A DNA stretch of 63,987 bases, filler included, from Aduncisulcus paluster (Eukaryota), in assembly GCA_024181965.1 (NCBI GenBank). It is 10 parts of 10 records of this genome, joined end to end, with 100 filler letters (N's around TTAATTAATTAA, not from the genome) between each part and the next. Parts side by side here need not be neighbours in the genome. Positions count along the whole stretch, not along the records: positions 1 to 4,001 come from BQXS01011383.1; positions 4,102 to 12,753 come from BQXS01011384.1; 8 more parts are not named here. One strand, written 5' to 3'. Positions within the stretch are counted from its first letter, which is position 1; each line of letters begins with the position of its first letter. The notes under the pieces were generated by a model, which did no database searches, had not been told where the DNA came from, and saw only the letters and a program-made list of their open reading frames with translations. A program made the translations under genes and the position numbers. This document shows, piece by piece, positions 1-9,903 of this stretch.

Positions 1-1
1 T

Positions 2-2908
2 GGGCATGAATGTGGGAATTATGATGGAACCGATAATAATCCCTGTGACTCTGAAACACACACATGCACCTGCTCTTCATCTTCATCGTCACCTCTCATG
101 ACTGGTGACCTGTGTGAGATTGAGAGTGGAGTGACACTACTGTCTTCCCTTGGGATGGATGTTACCCTTGTTGAAGCTATCTGTGAGTCCATGCATGTTG
201 CTGATTATGATGTTACTGCTGTTCAATCGTTATGTTCTTCTTCTTCTGCTGAAAACATTCTCTCCTCGCTGACTGTGGATGATCTCTCCACCATCACATC
301 TCTCACCATCCCAACCACCGTGGCTTCCCTCTCAGGGCTTGAATATGCCGAGCACCTTGAGATCCTTTCGTTTGCACCGGGGAACACTCTCATCTCCGAT
401 CTATCACCCATTGCATCCTTATCCTCGTTGTATGTGATTGAGCTTGATTCACTTGAAAACATGGATGTATCACTTCTGAGCACATTGACGGATGCTGTCG
501 GTGCTCTGAAGATGGATCTTGAGTCTGACACTTCACGCTGGAATGGAACATCTGAATCGTACTGTGTCGGTTTGTGCTCGTTGCGAAAGCTTCGTATCAG
601 TGGACTTGACAATGATCTTAGTGTTGATTCATCCTCACACTCAACATTTGATTCCTTTGTCAAAGTGGAAGCATCATCATTTATACTTGATTCATCGTTT
701 ACTTCTTTGCTGAACAACATTGCCATGTGCAGTGGTCAGTGTGTCAGCAGCTATGATGATGGAACGAAAGTGTATCCATTGTCATCCATTCTGACACATC
801 TTGATCTGTCCTTCAATGATATCTCTGACCCTACCATCGTTTCACTGCAGCCTGGTCTCTCTGGTGTGACGCATCTGACTCTGAGTGACAACTCCATCTC
901 TGACCTTGCTCTGTTGCAACAGACCATTGATGGTCTTGGGAATGTCACATATGTTGATGTGAGTGACAATAGACTCGATTGTGGGTCGACTGTGTCTGAG
1001 TGTACTGAACTACTTAATAACATTTGTGATCGGGATCTTTATGACACTAGTTCCTTTAGTGCTGTCGATTTCGGTAGTGGTGATGTTTTAGGGTCTGTCT
1101 CCCAGGATACAACATCTGCATGTGGATCTGACTCTTCTTCTTCCTCTTCTTCCTCTTCATCATCATGCTCATATCTGGAAGATCATCGTGTGTGTGGAGT
1201 CGATCATTCTTTTTCTGTTGACAATGATGATGACACTGAGTTGGCATGCATCTGTGGGTCAGGATACTATGAAGACATATCCTCTGGTGAATGTGTGTTA
1301 GCTTCTTCTTCTTCTTCTTCTGAATGTTCCAACTGTGGTGGTCAGCGTGGTACATGTGTGTATGACTCTGACTCTGACTCTAGTGATGAATCCTCTCCAC
1401 TATTCTGTGAGTGTTCTGATGGATGGTATGGCACTGATTGTTCATCCATTTGTCCTGTTTCTGATGATCTTGGTTTGTGCAGCGGATCTTCTCATGGAAT
1501 ATGTGATGCTGCCACCCATACATGTGTGTGTGAATCTGGGTATTATGGCTCAGCGTGCAACCTCTATTGTGATAGTTTGTCGAAATGTGGTCTGCATGGT
1601 CGATGTGCTGTCGGTGATCTATTTTCTGATTATTCTTCTGAGACATTGTATTGTGAATGTGATGCTGGATGGTATGGGTCATCATGTTCTTCCCAATATC
1701 CTGTTGAGACTGTTGAGTATGTGAATGATGATGACGAAACAAACCCAACTATCGTTGATTATGTGTGTGGAGTTAATTACTCCACAGATCCATCTTCATC
1801 ATATTCAGCCTATGGAATCTATTCATCAGACACTGACACATATTCGTGTAACTGTTCCTCCTATGGTCTCATCACTGATGCATCCACATCCACATGCATT
1901 GATCCTGCGACTCACCCTGAATACAAGGACATTGCTGGAAATGACACTGCTTGCTTGACCTGTGGCACAACCACGGATAGTCATGGCACATGTGTTCTTG
2001 GTGAAGGAGAAGATAGTCTCATCTCAGCCATGTGTCAGTGTGAGTATGGATGGGGAAATGATAGTTCAACAGTCTCATCATCAGCATCATCATGCTCTGT
2101 TGACATGTGTGGAGTGAGTGAGGATACTTACACTGAAAGCAATGCAGATCCATCCACTCTGTGTTCATCGCATGGAGTGTGTTATCTCTCCTCCTCTTCT
2201 TCTTCTTCTTCCTTCATGTCATACGATTGCAGCTGTGATGGTGGTTGGTACGGATATTTGTGTGGACAAGAAACTTCATTCTGGTCCATTCAAATCATTG
2301 TTATTCTTATATTATCCATTGTAATCTTGACCTTATCTGTGTGTATGGTTTATCATATCTGCTACAGAAATGGTAAAATGAAATCCATGGAGGATCTTGC
2401 CAACACAACCAATATTGAGAATAGTAGTAGTAGAAATGTACTATCACACTCTATGGATATATCAATTCCTATGTCTTCACCACCATCAGTATCTCTGCAC
2501 ACCAATGCTGATGATAGTACCATTGACATTGTTGATCATGCTTTGCCTTTATCTGGGGAGAAGAAAACTGTTGATGTTTCTTGTGCTGATCTTGGAGTTG
2601 GAGTGAGTATAGGAAAAGAAAAAGAAGGAGAAGAAGATCATTATGATCCCAAACCAAAGAAAATGGTTGTTCGTCGCAAGGTGTCTCGTGCCAAACGTGG
2701 TTGCAAAATAACTCCAAAGACGACATTGGAACCAATGTCACTGAAGGCAAACAGTACCGAAGCCGACGCTGAGTCCAAGACTGAAACATCAGGTACAACA
2801 GCTGTTTCTTTTGATATTCCTCCTTCCGTGACATCCGTAAGTGTTAAAAGGAAGAAGAAGAAACGTCGTATTGTCAAGAAAATTGTGATTGATAATCCTG
2901 AACAGTGA
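2..2908 (+). CDS. LRR plus EGF-like cysteine-rich type I membrane protein, 5'-truncated by the window edge
   Basis: Frame is open from position 2 (GHECG...CTC). Internalin-like LRRs (LTVDDLSTITSL...LSGLEYAEHLEIL, LTHLDLSFNDISD), many EGF-like C-x-C-xx-G-W/Y-Y-G-xx-C repeats, TM helix IQIIVILILSIVILTLSVCMVY and a basic cytoplasmic tail. Confidence 0.85.
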   Translation, partial: GHECGNYDGTDNNPCDSETHTCTCSSSSSSPLMTGDLCEIESGVTLLSSLGMDVTLVEAICESMHVADYDVTAVQSLCSSSSAENILSSLTVDDLSTITSLTIPTTVASLSGLEYAEHLEILSFAPGNTLISDLSPIASLSSLYVIELDSLENMDVSLLSTLTDAVGALKMDLESDTSRWNGTSESYCVGLCSLRKLRISGLDNDLSVDSSSHSTFDSFVKVEASSFILDSSFTSLLNNIAMCSGQCVSSYDDGTKVYPLSSILTHLDLSFNDISDPTIVSLQPGLSGVTHLTLSDNSISDLALLQQTIDGLGNVTYVDVSDNRLDCGSTVSECTELLNNICDRDLYDTSSFSAVDFGSGDVLGSVSQDTTSACGSDSSSSSSSSSSSCSYLEDHRVCGVDHSFSVDNDDDTELACICGSGYYEDISSGECVLASSSSSSECSNCGGQRGTCVYDSDSDSSDESSPLFCECSDGWYGTDCSSICPVSDDLGLCSGSSHGICDAATHTCVCESGYYGSACNLYCDSLSKCGLHGRCAVGDLFSDYSSETLYCECDAGWYGSSCSSQYPVETVEYVNDDDETNPTIVDYVCGVNYSTDPSSSYSAYGIYSSDTDTYSCNCSSYGLITDASTSTCIDPATHPEYKDIAGNDTACLTCGTTTDSHGTCVLGEGEDSLISAMCQCEYGWGNDSSTVSSSASSCSVDMCGVSEDTYTESNADPSTLCSSHGVCYLSSSSSSSSFMSYDCSCDGGWYGYLCGQETSFWSIQIIVILILSIVILTLSVCMVYHICYRNGKMKSMEDLANTTNIENSSSRNVLSHSMDISIPMSSPPSVSLHTNADDSTIDIVDHALPLSGEKKTVDVSCADLGVGVSIGKEKEGEEDHYDPKPKKMVVRRKVSRAKRGCKITPKTTLEPMSLKANSTEADAESKTETSGTTAVSFDIPPSVTSVSVKRKKKKRRIVKKIVIDNPEQ

Positions 2909-3239
2909 TGATATGATTCAATGCGTTCATTTAACTTGCTCAAAGCTTGGAATTGAGCTTGATTTACTTTTAATAAAATTGTGTTTTTGGATTGGTATTT
3001 GGTGGATTTCATGTACAACTTTTACATGTAATACAATATGATCCATCGAAATCTCGAGATTCTCAACTCGTCGAGTTGCAACTCAACTCGGGTTTGAAAT
3101 TGGAAAAAATAATAGTTTACTCATCGAGTCTTCTGAGGACTGTTCTCATATGATATGAATACGACTCTTCATATGTTCTAGGCTTTCAAAAGTAATCCGT
3201 GAATTCATTTCAAATCCATACATTTTCCACTCATAGTCG

Positions 3240-4001
3240 TCACTTCTTAACGACAGTTTTAGATTCCTTAGCAAGTTTCATAAGGAGATTCTTTGAAGAT
3301 TCCTTAATGGTTGAGCTAGGTTTGCATAAAATAAAGACATTCTCATCCCAAGAACCCCTTACTTTATGGATCATGAGCATCTGATTGATCTTTCTCCTCA
3401 CCTCGTCCTCTGAAAGGTCAAACTCCACACAGAGACTGGAGAGTTTGAATGAAGTGTACTGGTGCATCCTTGTGACAATAGAGATCTGAAGAGCTGAGAT
3501 CTTGAACCCATATGTCAACAATTCACGCAGGGAAGAGCATCCATCGATCCACCCATTGTTAGGCATCTCATTCCACCCACCAAAGAACATGGCAGTGTTC
3601 ACAGCCTTCTTCCATTTCCCTTCAAGAAGCAGACCCAGAGCAGATCCAATGCAATCACTGTCAACCTCAGTGGCCTGGACAGCACAACGCTCGACCCGTT
3701 GGATAATTCTTTGGACAGGACGTTGGGCATACATCAACTCATCGATAGGTCCCTGGATATAGGCATTTGCAATGGATGTGGCTTCAGAGAACATACATGA
3801 GAGAGTGAACACAGTGTCGACAAGGTTCTCGTTGATTCGTAAATGCAATGGAATGTACCCATAACTTCTGTATCCTTCCTCTTCTTCGTTCTTATTCCCA
3901 CGTTGCTGTCCAAGATTCACACGGAGAGCACGAGATGTTCCAAAGCAGAGCTCATTGAGACATGAACGCTGGACCTCAGAGAACAGTCCTTTTCTAAAGG
4001 C
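3240..4001 (-). CDS. EIF3C: Translation initiation factor 3 subunit c (eIF3c/NIP1), C-terminal PCI region, 5'-truncated at scaffold end
   Basis: Frame is open to the linker. AFRKGL...LGQQ, IPLHLRINENLVDTVFTLSCMF (eIF3c [21 protein letters not shown]), GKWKKA and PCI winged helix YTSFKLSSLCVEFDLSEDEVRRKINQML. Confidence 0.85.
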   Translation of the reverse strand, partial: AFRKGLFSEVQRSCLNELCFGTSRALRVNLGQQRGNKNEEEEGYRSYGYIPLHLRINENLVDTVFTLSCMFSEATSIANAYIQGPIDELMYAQRPVQRIIQRVERCAVQATEVDSDCIGSALGLLLEGKWKKAVNTAMFFGGWNEMPNNGWIDGCSSLRELLTYGFKISALQISIVTRMHQYTSFKLSSLCVEFDLSEDEVRRKINQMLMIHKVRGSWDENVFILCKPSSTIKESSKNLLMKLAKESKTVVKK

Positions 4002-4101
4002 NNNNNNNNNNNNNNNNNNNNNNNNNNNNNNNNNNNNNNNNNNNNTTAATTAATTAANNNNNNNNNNNNNNNNNNNNNNNNNNNNNNNNNNNNNNNNNNN
4101 N
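4002..4101. other. Artificial scaffold linker N44-TTAATTAATTAA-N44; the same linker is at 12754-12853, 16339-16438, 29455-29554, 34108-34207, 47827-47926, 51932-52031, 57409-57508 and 61026-61125
   Basis: Identical 100-nt spacer with stop codons in all frames. Genes on either side are truncated at it. Confidence 0.97.
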
Positions 4102-4102
4102 T

Positions 4103-4288
4103 ACAGATGGAGCTTTTGATAGTACTTCCAAAAGAAATTCTTTGTTCGAGGAATCTTTGTTCGAGGAAGTTTTCCATGAAATCGAAGGAGAGAAAGCCAC
4201 CAGTGGTCACTCTCAAGGAGATTTGGCCACTGATATAGCTTTAGATGTTGATTTCCACACTGATCTTCTCTTGCCTCCGAGCTCTTCT

Positions 4289-4320
<32 letters not shown>

Positions 4321-7300
4321 CTCTTCCCACCAAAGATCACCCCTTTCCACCAAAGATCACCAAATATCTTTCCCCTCCCTTGGAATCCCATTTGACTCTC
4401 CATTTTCCCTTGTTTCAGACGTTTGTCATGATACCAAACTTGCCCATGCCTCCCTTGCTGTTCTAAAAATGGATATCGATGAGTATGTATGTGCTCAAGT
4501 CCCCAATGAATGGGATCTCCTACCCCCACCACCCGATGTTGTTGATCCCCAATCTGGTATGGACCCGTTGTCCGAGGACTCTCAGTCATATTACCTCACT
4601 TCTCATCCCGTTGCTTCTCTCCTTAACTCCCCAGAGAAGTTATCTTCCCCCACCTCTTTCCTCTCACACCATTCGTTACAAATCCCTGTGAAATTCTCTT
4701 CAACTGCGACTGATATTACATCATTTCTTTTCAATTCCTTTCCAGTTGTCCCTCACTCCTTATTGTTCAATACTGTGTTGCTTCTGAGCAAATTGGATGA
4801 TAACGAAGCAATTGTTCGTCTATATAGGGATATTAAGGCCACTGAAAAGGATATGAATGATCTTAGATCCAGGGCTGTAGAAGAGATGCTGGTGATATGG
4901 AAGAATGATATTGAAGGAAATATCATCAAAGAGCTAGAAAATGGAGCCATTTCCATCAGAAACAAAGAAGAGGAGGAGAAAATACACGATTTGATCAAAC
5001 TTCAACGAAAACGGGAAGCAATTAGAAGGAAGGAAGAGGAGGAAGAAGAAAAACGGAAAGAAATGTCAAGAAAACCACAAAAAGAATTGCAAGGAGAAAA
5101 AGAAGAAGAAGAAGAAGAAAGTATGAGAGCTGAGGAAGAAATAGAGGAATCGAGTGATATAAATATAAACGATATTGAGAAAGAGATTGAACAAGAACTT
5201 GAGAAACTGTCCCAAAATAGACAATTTGAATCAGAAGCTGAAAAATCAGAAGAAGTGGATATTCAAGACAACCAAACGCTTGAAGAAGAAGAAGAGGCAC
5301 AGAAAGGGGAGGAGGAGGAAGAGGAAGAAGAAGAGGGAGAGGAGGAGGAAGAAGGGGAGGAGGATGACGATGATGTGTATGTAGCTACTGGTCATTCTGA
5401 AGAAGTCGATGAAGAAGTTGATGTTGAAGTTATTGGGCATCATGGGATAGATATCCTTCCATTTGAACTAACTAAAAATCAAACAATATCAAGGCAAAGA
5501 AGAGGCAGAGGAAGAGGCAGAGGCAGAGGCAGAGCAAGAGGCAGAGGCAGAGGCAGAAGAAAATCTACTGACGCAACATTAGAGAGTTCCCTTCTCTCGT
5601 TTCCAGTTGAATCTGAACCCTCTTATTCTGCATCTTGCGTGTCTTTCTTTTCAATGCCCTTGCATGAATTTAAGTCATATTTGAATATGAAACTCCAGAC
5701 TTCACGAGCTTTGGTGGAATATGATATTGGAGTCATTGGGAAAATATGTCATAGTTTGTTAGTCCAAACTTCAGAAGGCGATGAAACGTCCTCCACAACT
5801 GACGGGCTGGGAGAAGAAGGAGAAGAGGGGACTCCAAGAGGATTTATTGAAAATTATCGGAATGAGGCAACCACATTACTAGCCTCTCTTTTCAAATATC
5901 ATTATGATTCTATGAAACAGAGAAAGAGCATTCTCCAAGATGTGTATCGGTACCCTAGTTTATATCCAAGAAGTATGAGTTCTTTCCATCTTTTTTCCTC
6001 AATTCAACAAATATCAATGTCCAAAAATATACCTCCAGCTCTAATTGCGTCCAGTAAGCGGACTCCTCCTCTGTTCTCCCTCATTAAAAGTGTTTCTGAG
6101 AGTTTCACATCCGCCATAGCCTCCATGTGTTCTTTTCTACTTGAAGCCTTGTGCCCTGAACTCTGCTCGTCAATCCTTAAGAGAGCCATAAATATTTTTA
6201 AGAAGGAAAACATGACTGTTCGTGTGTGCATTGGTCCTTCTAAATCAAGGCATATTTTCGTCGATGGATGGGATATCATCTCTGACCCTGAATCAAAGAA
6301 TGCCGGAGAAACTATCCCAATTCGTTCTCCTCTTTTGTCTGAAGAAAGTGAGTTCCCATTCAGATCATATGTGCTTCCCCGTGTTCTTGAGGAGTCTATG
6401 AAGTACAAGAGAGAGCATCTTGAGAATCCAAATGATTGCATTCATTATTCGGTCGAATCTATTCCCAACCATTCTCAGAATCGGTGTCTGCTTCTTCCTC
6501 ATCACGTCATGTCTCTCCCTGTTGTCACTTCAGCCATATGGCTACTTTTAGGAAGAGCAATTGAGCAGGGAGAAAGGAAAGAAGAGAAGGAAAAGGAGCG
6601 GGAAAAACTTATCACGATGGCTTCACAAGCAAACATAGCCACTCAATCTATTAATAGTCAAAGTGAAGCTAGAGATCAACAATTAACCTTGAACAAGGAT
6701 GGAACCGTCAATAGTAATAATGCCAATTCTGCTGCTGCAAAACAACAGAAGAAACGTAAGAAAATCCCGGGTCGGAAGAAAGATAGTTTACTTCATGTTG
6801 CCCAACGACCTCTCCCTCATATCGCTCCTACTCGTCTCGAAGGGTTATCTGTTTCCATTCCTTCGTTCTCTCTTCCTCCATCGTCTCTTGCACTGTCTTG
6901 CTTCGTTCGTGCTGTCGATGAATGCCGTGTGAACATCCTTGCCAGGTTATGCTGGGCAAGACAGCATGGAAGGAGTGGAAATTGGCTCAAGGGACTTAAA
7001 ATCCTCATGTGGATGGATAACGGAGAGGAAGAATCTTGTGATCTTGCACTCACTGAGACCAAATCCATCACAAAACGAACCTCAAAGTCTGGTTTGAGTG
7101 CTCATCCGGGAGCTGTTCGTTTGGACGGAGATGATATGGTCATGTATATTCCTCATGGAGAGGATATATCGAGCTTAAGCCAACTACCAGAGCCCCAGGT
7201 GTTATTTGGTGACAAGAACATCACGGATAAAGCGAATTCTCCTATCTCTGAGGATGCCAGTGTTGTGTGTTCAAAACTTGCATCTCATCCAGCTGTTGCA

Positions 7301-9286
7301 ATGCTTCGTTTGATATTCCTGTTGATTGTACATGCTTATGATAGGAAAAAGAAGTGGAACAAGTGGCGCGATGGTCTTGGAAAACGAAGATCGAGTACAA
7401 TTTCTCCTAGTAGCCCTTCTTCTCCTTCCCAGAGTTCTCCTTCAGTCCATGGTGGTTCTGAAACCAGAGTGGCTCGTTCGAATGATTTTCTTTCCAAACT
7501 TTCTTCCAAATATGCCCGAATATATCGGCATACGTATGATATTGCCTCTTCTGTCCTCGATTTCTTTGAGGAATGTGCTGGTAATGATGATATCGATTGG
7601 TATAGTGAGTTTTACACTGACAAGGAAAGACGGAGAACTATTGGGGAATCAAATTATCCCACATCTGCTCCACCACCGCCTCTTCCTCCTTCCACATTCT
7701 TCAGCTTGATCTCTCCTCTCGCTTCTGTTTTCTTCTTCTCTTTGAGATTTCTCTGTTTCTCAAGACTTTCTGCATCTAATTTGCGAACTATCCTTTCTCT
7801 TGAACGGCGGTACGGTAGCATCATTACTCGTTTGGAGGGTGCTGGAATCTGGGTTGGAAATGAACGATCCACTTCATCCCTCCCCTATTTGATGTCATCT
7901 TCACTCAATTCGATCAACTTACCGCCCCATATCACGAGTGCAGCCTTTGCTCCCGCGTCACTAAGTGCAGAATTATCCCTGATCACTCGTCCTGCCTGGT
8001 TCATGCTTGGTTCGTTCGACAGAGCTGTGGCACATCCTCCCTTCACATCCACACTCAGTGCCATGTCAATCGAGTGGGGTGTCTGCCTATGTGATATCAT
8101 GTCAAGGTATTATATTCGACAGGGTAGAATAGAGGAGAGTAATCTTATTCTTAACTATCTCATCGCCCTTGAAACAGTGCAAAAGAGTATCTATTTTAGG
8201 AATGTTGAGAAACGAGTGAAAGGACGTATGGTCACAACCACAATGAAACTTGGAGACTACATTGGGGGAATGTCTTTTCTGAGAGATACGGCTGTTCGTT
8301 ATCCGCACGACATTGCTCTCTGGCAGATGTTTGCTACTGTTACAAGACGAGGATTTGGATCATCATACAGTCGTCAATTGCTTCGACTTGTAAACAAAAA
8401 CATGAAATCTGTCGGTTTATTCCTTATTTTGGCCAGTCAGGCTTATCGTCGTGGATCTCATCATTTGTGCATCTCTCTCCTCTCTTCTCCTCTCGGGGTA
8501 TTCCCTTTCCAGCCTTCATTCCTCCTTATGCGAGCCCTCTGTTATCTTGCCATTATTACAAAGAAAAGTACCGTTTCACGCGAAAAGGCATTGGTTAACT
8601 TCCTTGCTGCATTCTCGGATTATATCGATGTTCGTGGGAGCTGGTCAAGCGAGGTAGTTTTTAATCTAGCACGCGCTCTCCAGCAGATTGGAATGGTTTC
8701 GCTTGCGATTCCCCTGTATCGGGCTGTTCTTCACTCCCCATCAGCATCTGTCTCGCTGTATTGTGTGTATGATGCCCTTCGTGGCGAAGAGAGTGTTGGA
8801 AGTGAATTGACGATCACCGAACAGCACGATGCTCGCGGGATGATGGTACCACTGTCTAATTCGAGGGGTCCATCGTATGAGTGGTTTAATGTGCAAGTGC
8901 GTATGATCGATGACACACCAGGGTCTGGAGATGGTGTGGATATTGACACCTCTTCCGATGTTGGAAAGGGGCGTAAGAAGAAGAAAAGGAGTGGTTTGAA
9001 ACAGAAAGGGATGCGAAAAGTTGGTACCGATATGACGGGTGCACTCATGTTGAAGGACGCTTTATTTAACCAAGAAAGGCGGAGGAGACGAAGGACTCCA
9101 CCGAGAACAAGCCAAAGTGCATCCGTCAACATCCACTCGACACAGGACATGCCATTCATGGTTGACTTCAGGGAAGGGTTTGCTTGCGATCTAAGATGGT
9201 GTGCGGCCATCAACTTGAGTTCGATATATCAGGACTGTGATGCATATGATCTTGCCGCAGAGGTTGTGAATCAGTTCGTTATTTGA
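4103..9286 (+). CDS. GTF3C3: Pol III transcription factor TFIIIC TPR subunit (Tfc4/tau131/GTF3C3)-like, 5'-truncated
   Basis: C-terminal TPRs SEVVFNLARALQQIGMVSLAIPLYRAVL and DLRWCAAINLSSIYQDCDAYDLAAEVVNQFVI match the GTF3C3 C-terminus (ESFYNLGRGLHQLGLIHLAIHYY; DLRRDIAYNLSLIY). Acidic N-terminal region. Frame is open from 4103. Confidence 0.75.
5501..5557 (+). repeat. Imperfect (AGAGGC)n hexamer microsatellite encoding an RG repeat
   Basis: agaggcagaggaagaggcagaggcagaggcagagcaagaggc... translates to RGRGRGRGRGRARGRGRGR. Confidence 0.9.
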
Positions 9287-9297
9287 CCAGTGTGATG

Positions 9298-9903
9298 GTT
9301 AATCCAACTGCTAATTATCACACCAGAACGTGTCAAGCATACATTTGTGTGTGGATGGAACATGAATTGGAATAAATCTCAGGAATAACAAGAGTGGCGA
9401 GAGCTGCAGGATTCAAGACATCATGACACCATTAATCACCTATTCCATTTCATCGTCTGGCAGTTTTGCAATTCTACATTTCATCTCAGAAGATTCAGTA
9501 TCGTCACTAGAGAATGACTCGGATGCATCCTCCTTGAATATATGTTCATTTGATGCAACATGTAACGATAATTTCGGTGTTGGGGGATGANNNNNNNNNN
9601 NNNNNNNNNNGTTAATCCAACTGCTAATTATCACACCAGAACGTGTCAAGCATACATTTGTGTGTGGATGGAACATGAATTGGAATAAATCTCAGGAATA
9701 ACAAGAGTGGCGAGAGCTGCAGGATTCAAGACATCATGACACCATTAATCACCTATTCCATTTCATCGTCTGGCAGTTTTGCAATTCTACATTTCATCTC
9801 AGAAGATTCAGTATCGTCACTAGAGAATGACTCGGATGCATCCTCCTTGAATATATGTTCATTTGATGCAACATGTAACGATAATTTCGGTGTTGGGGGA
9901 TGA
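9298..9903. repeat. Gap-flanking duplication 9298-9590 = 9611-9903 (unmerged assembly overlap)
   Basis: 293-nt copies on either side of the 20-N gap at 9591-9610. Confidence 0.9.

Noticed and set aside
223-2834. Many short antisense or alternative-frame ORFs over long genes, here and throughout the window
   Set aside because: They are shadows of codon bias and TCT/GAA microsatellites, with no motifs.
4046-4057. Recurrent TTAATTAATTAA motif as a biological repeat or CRISPR-like element
   Set aside because: Always centred in N44 padding. It is an artificial all-frame-stop linker, so gene neighbourhoods across it carry no meaning.
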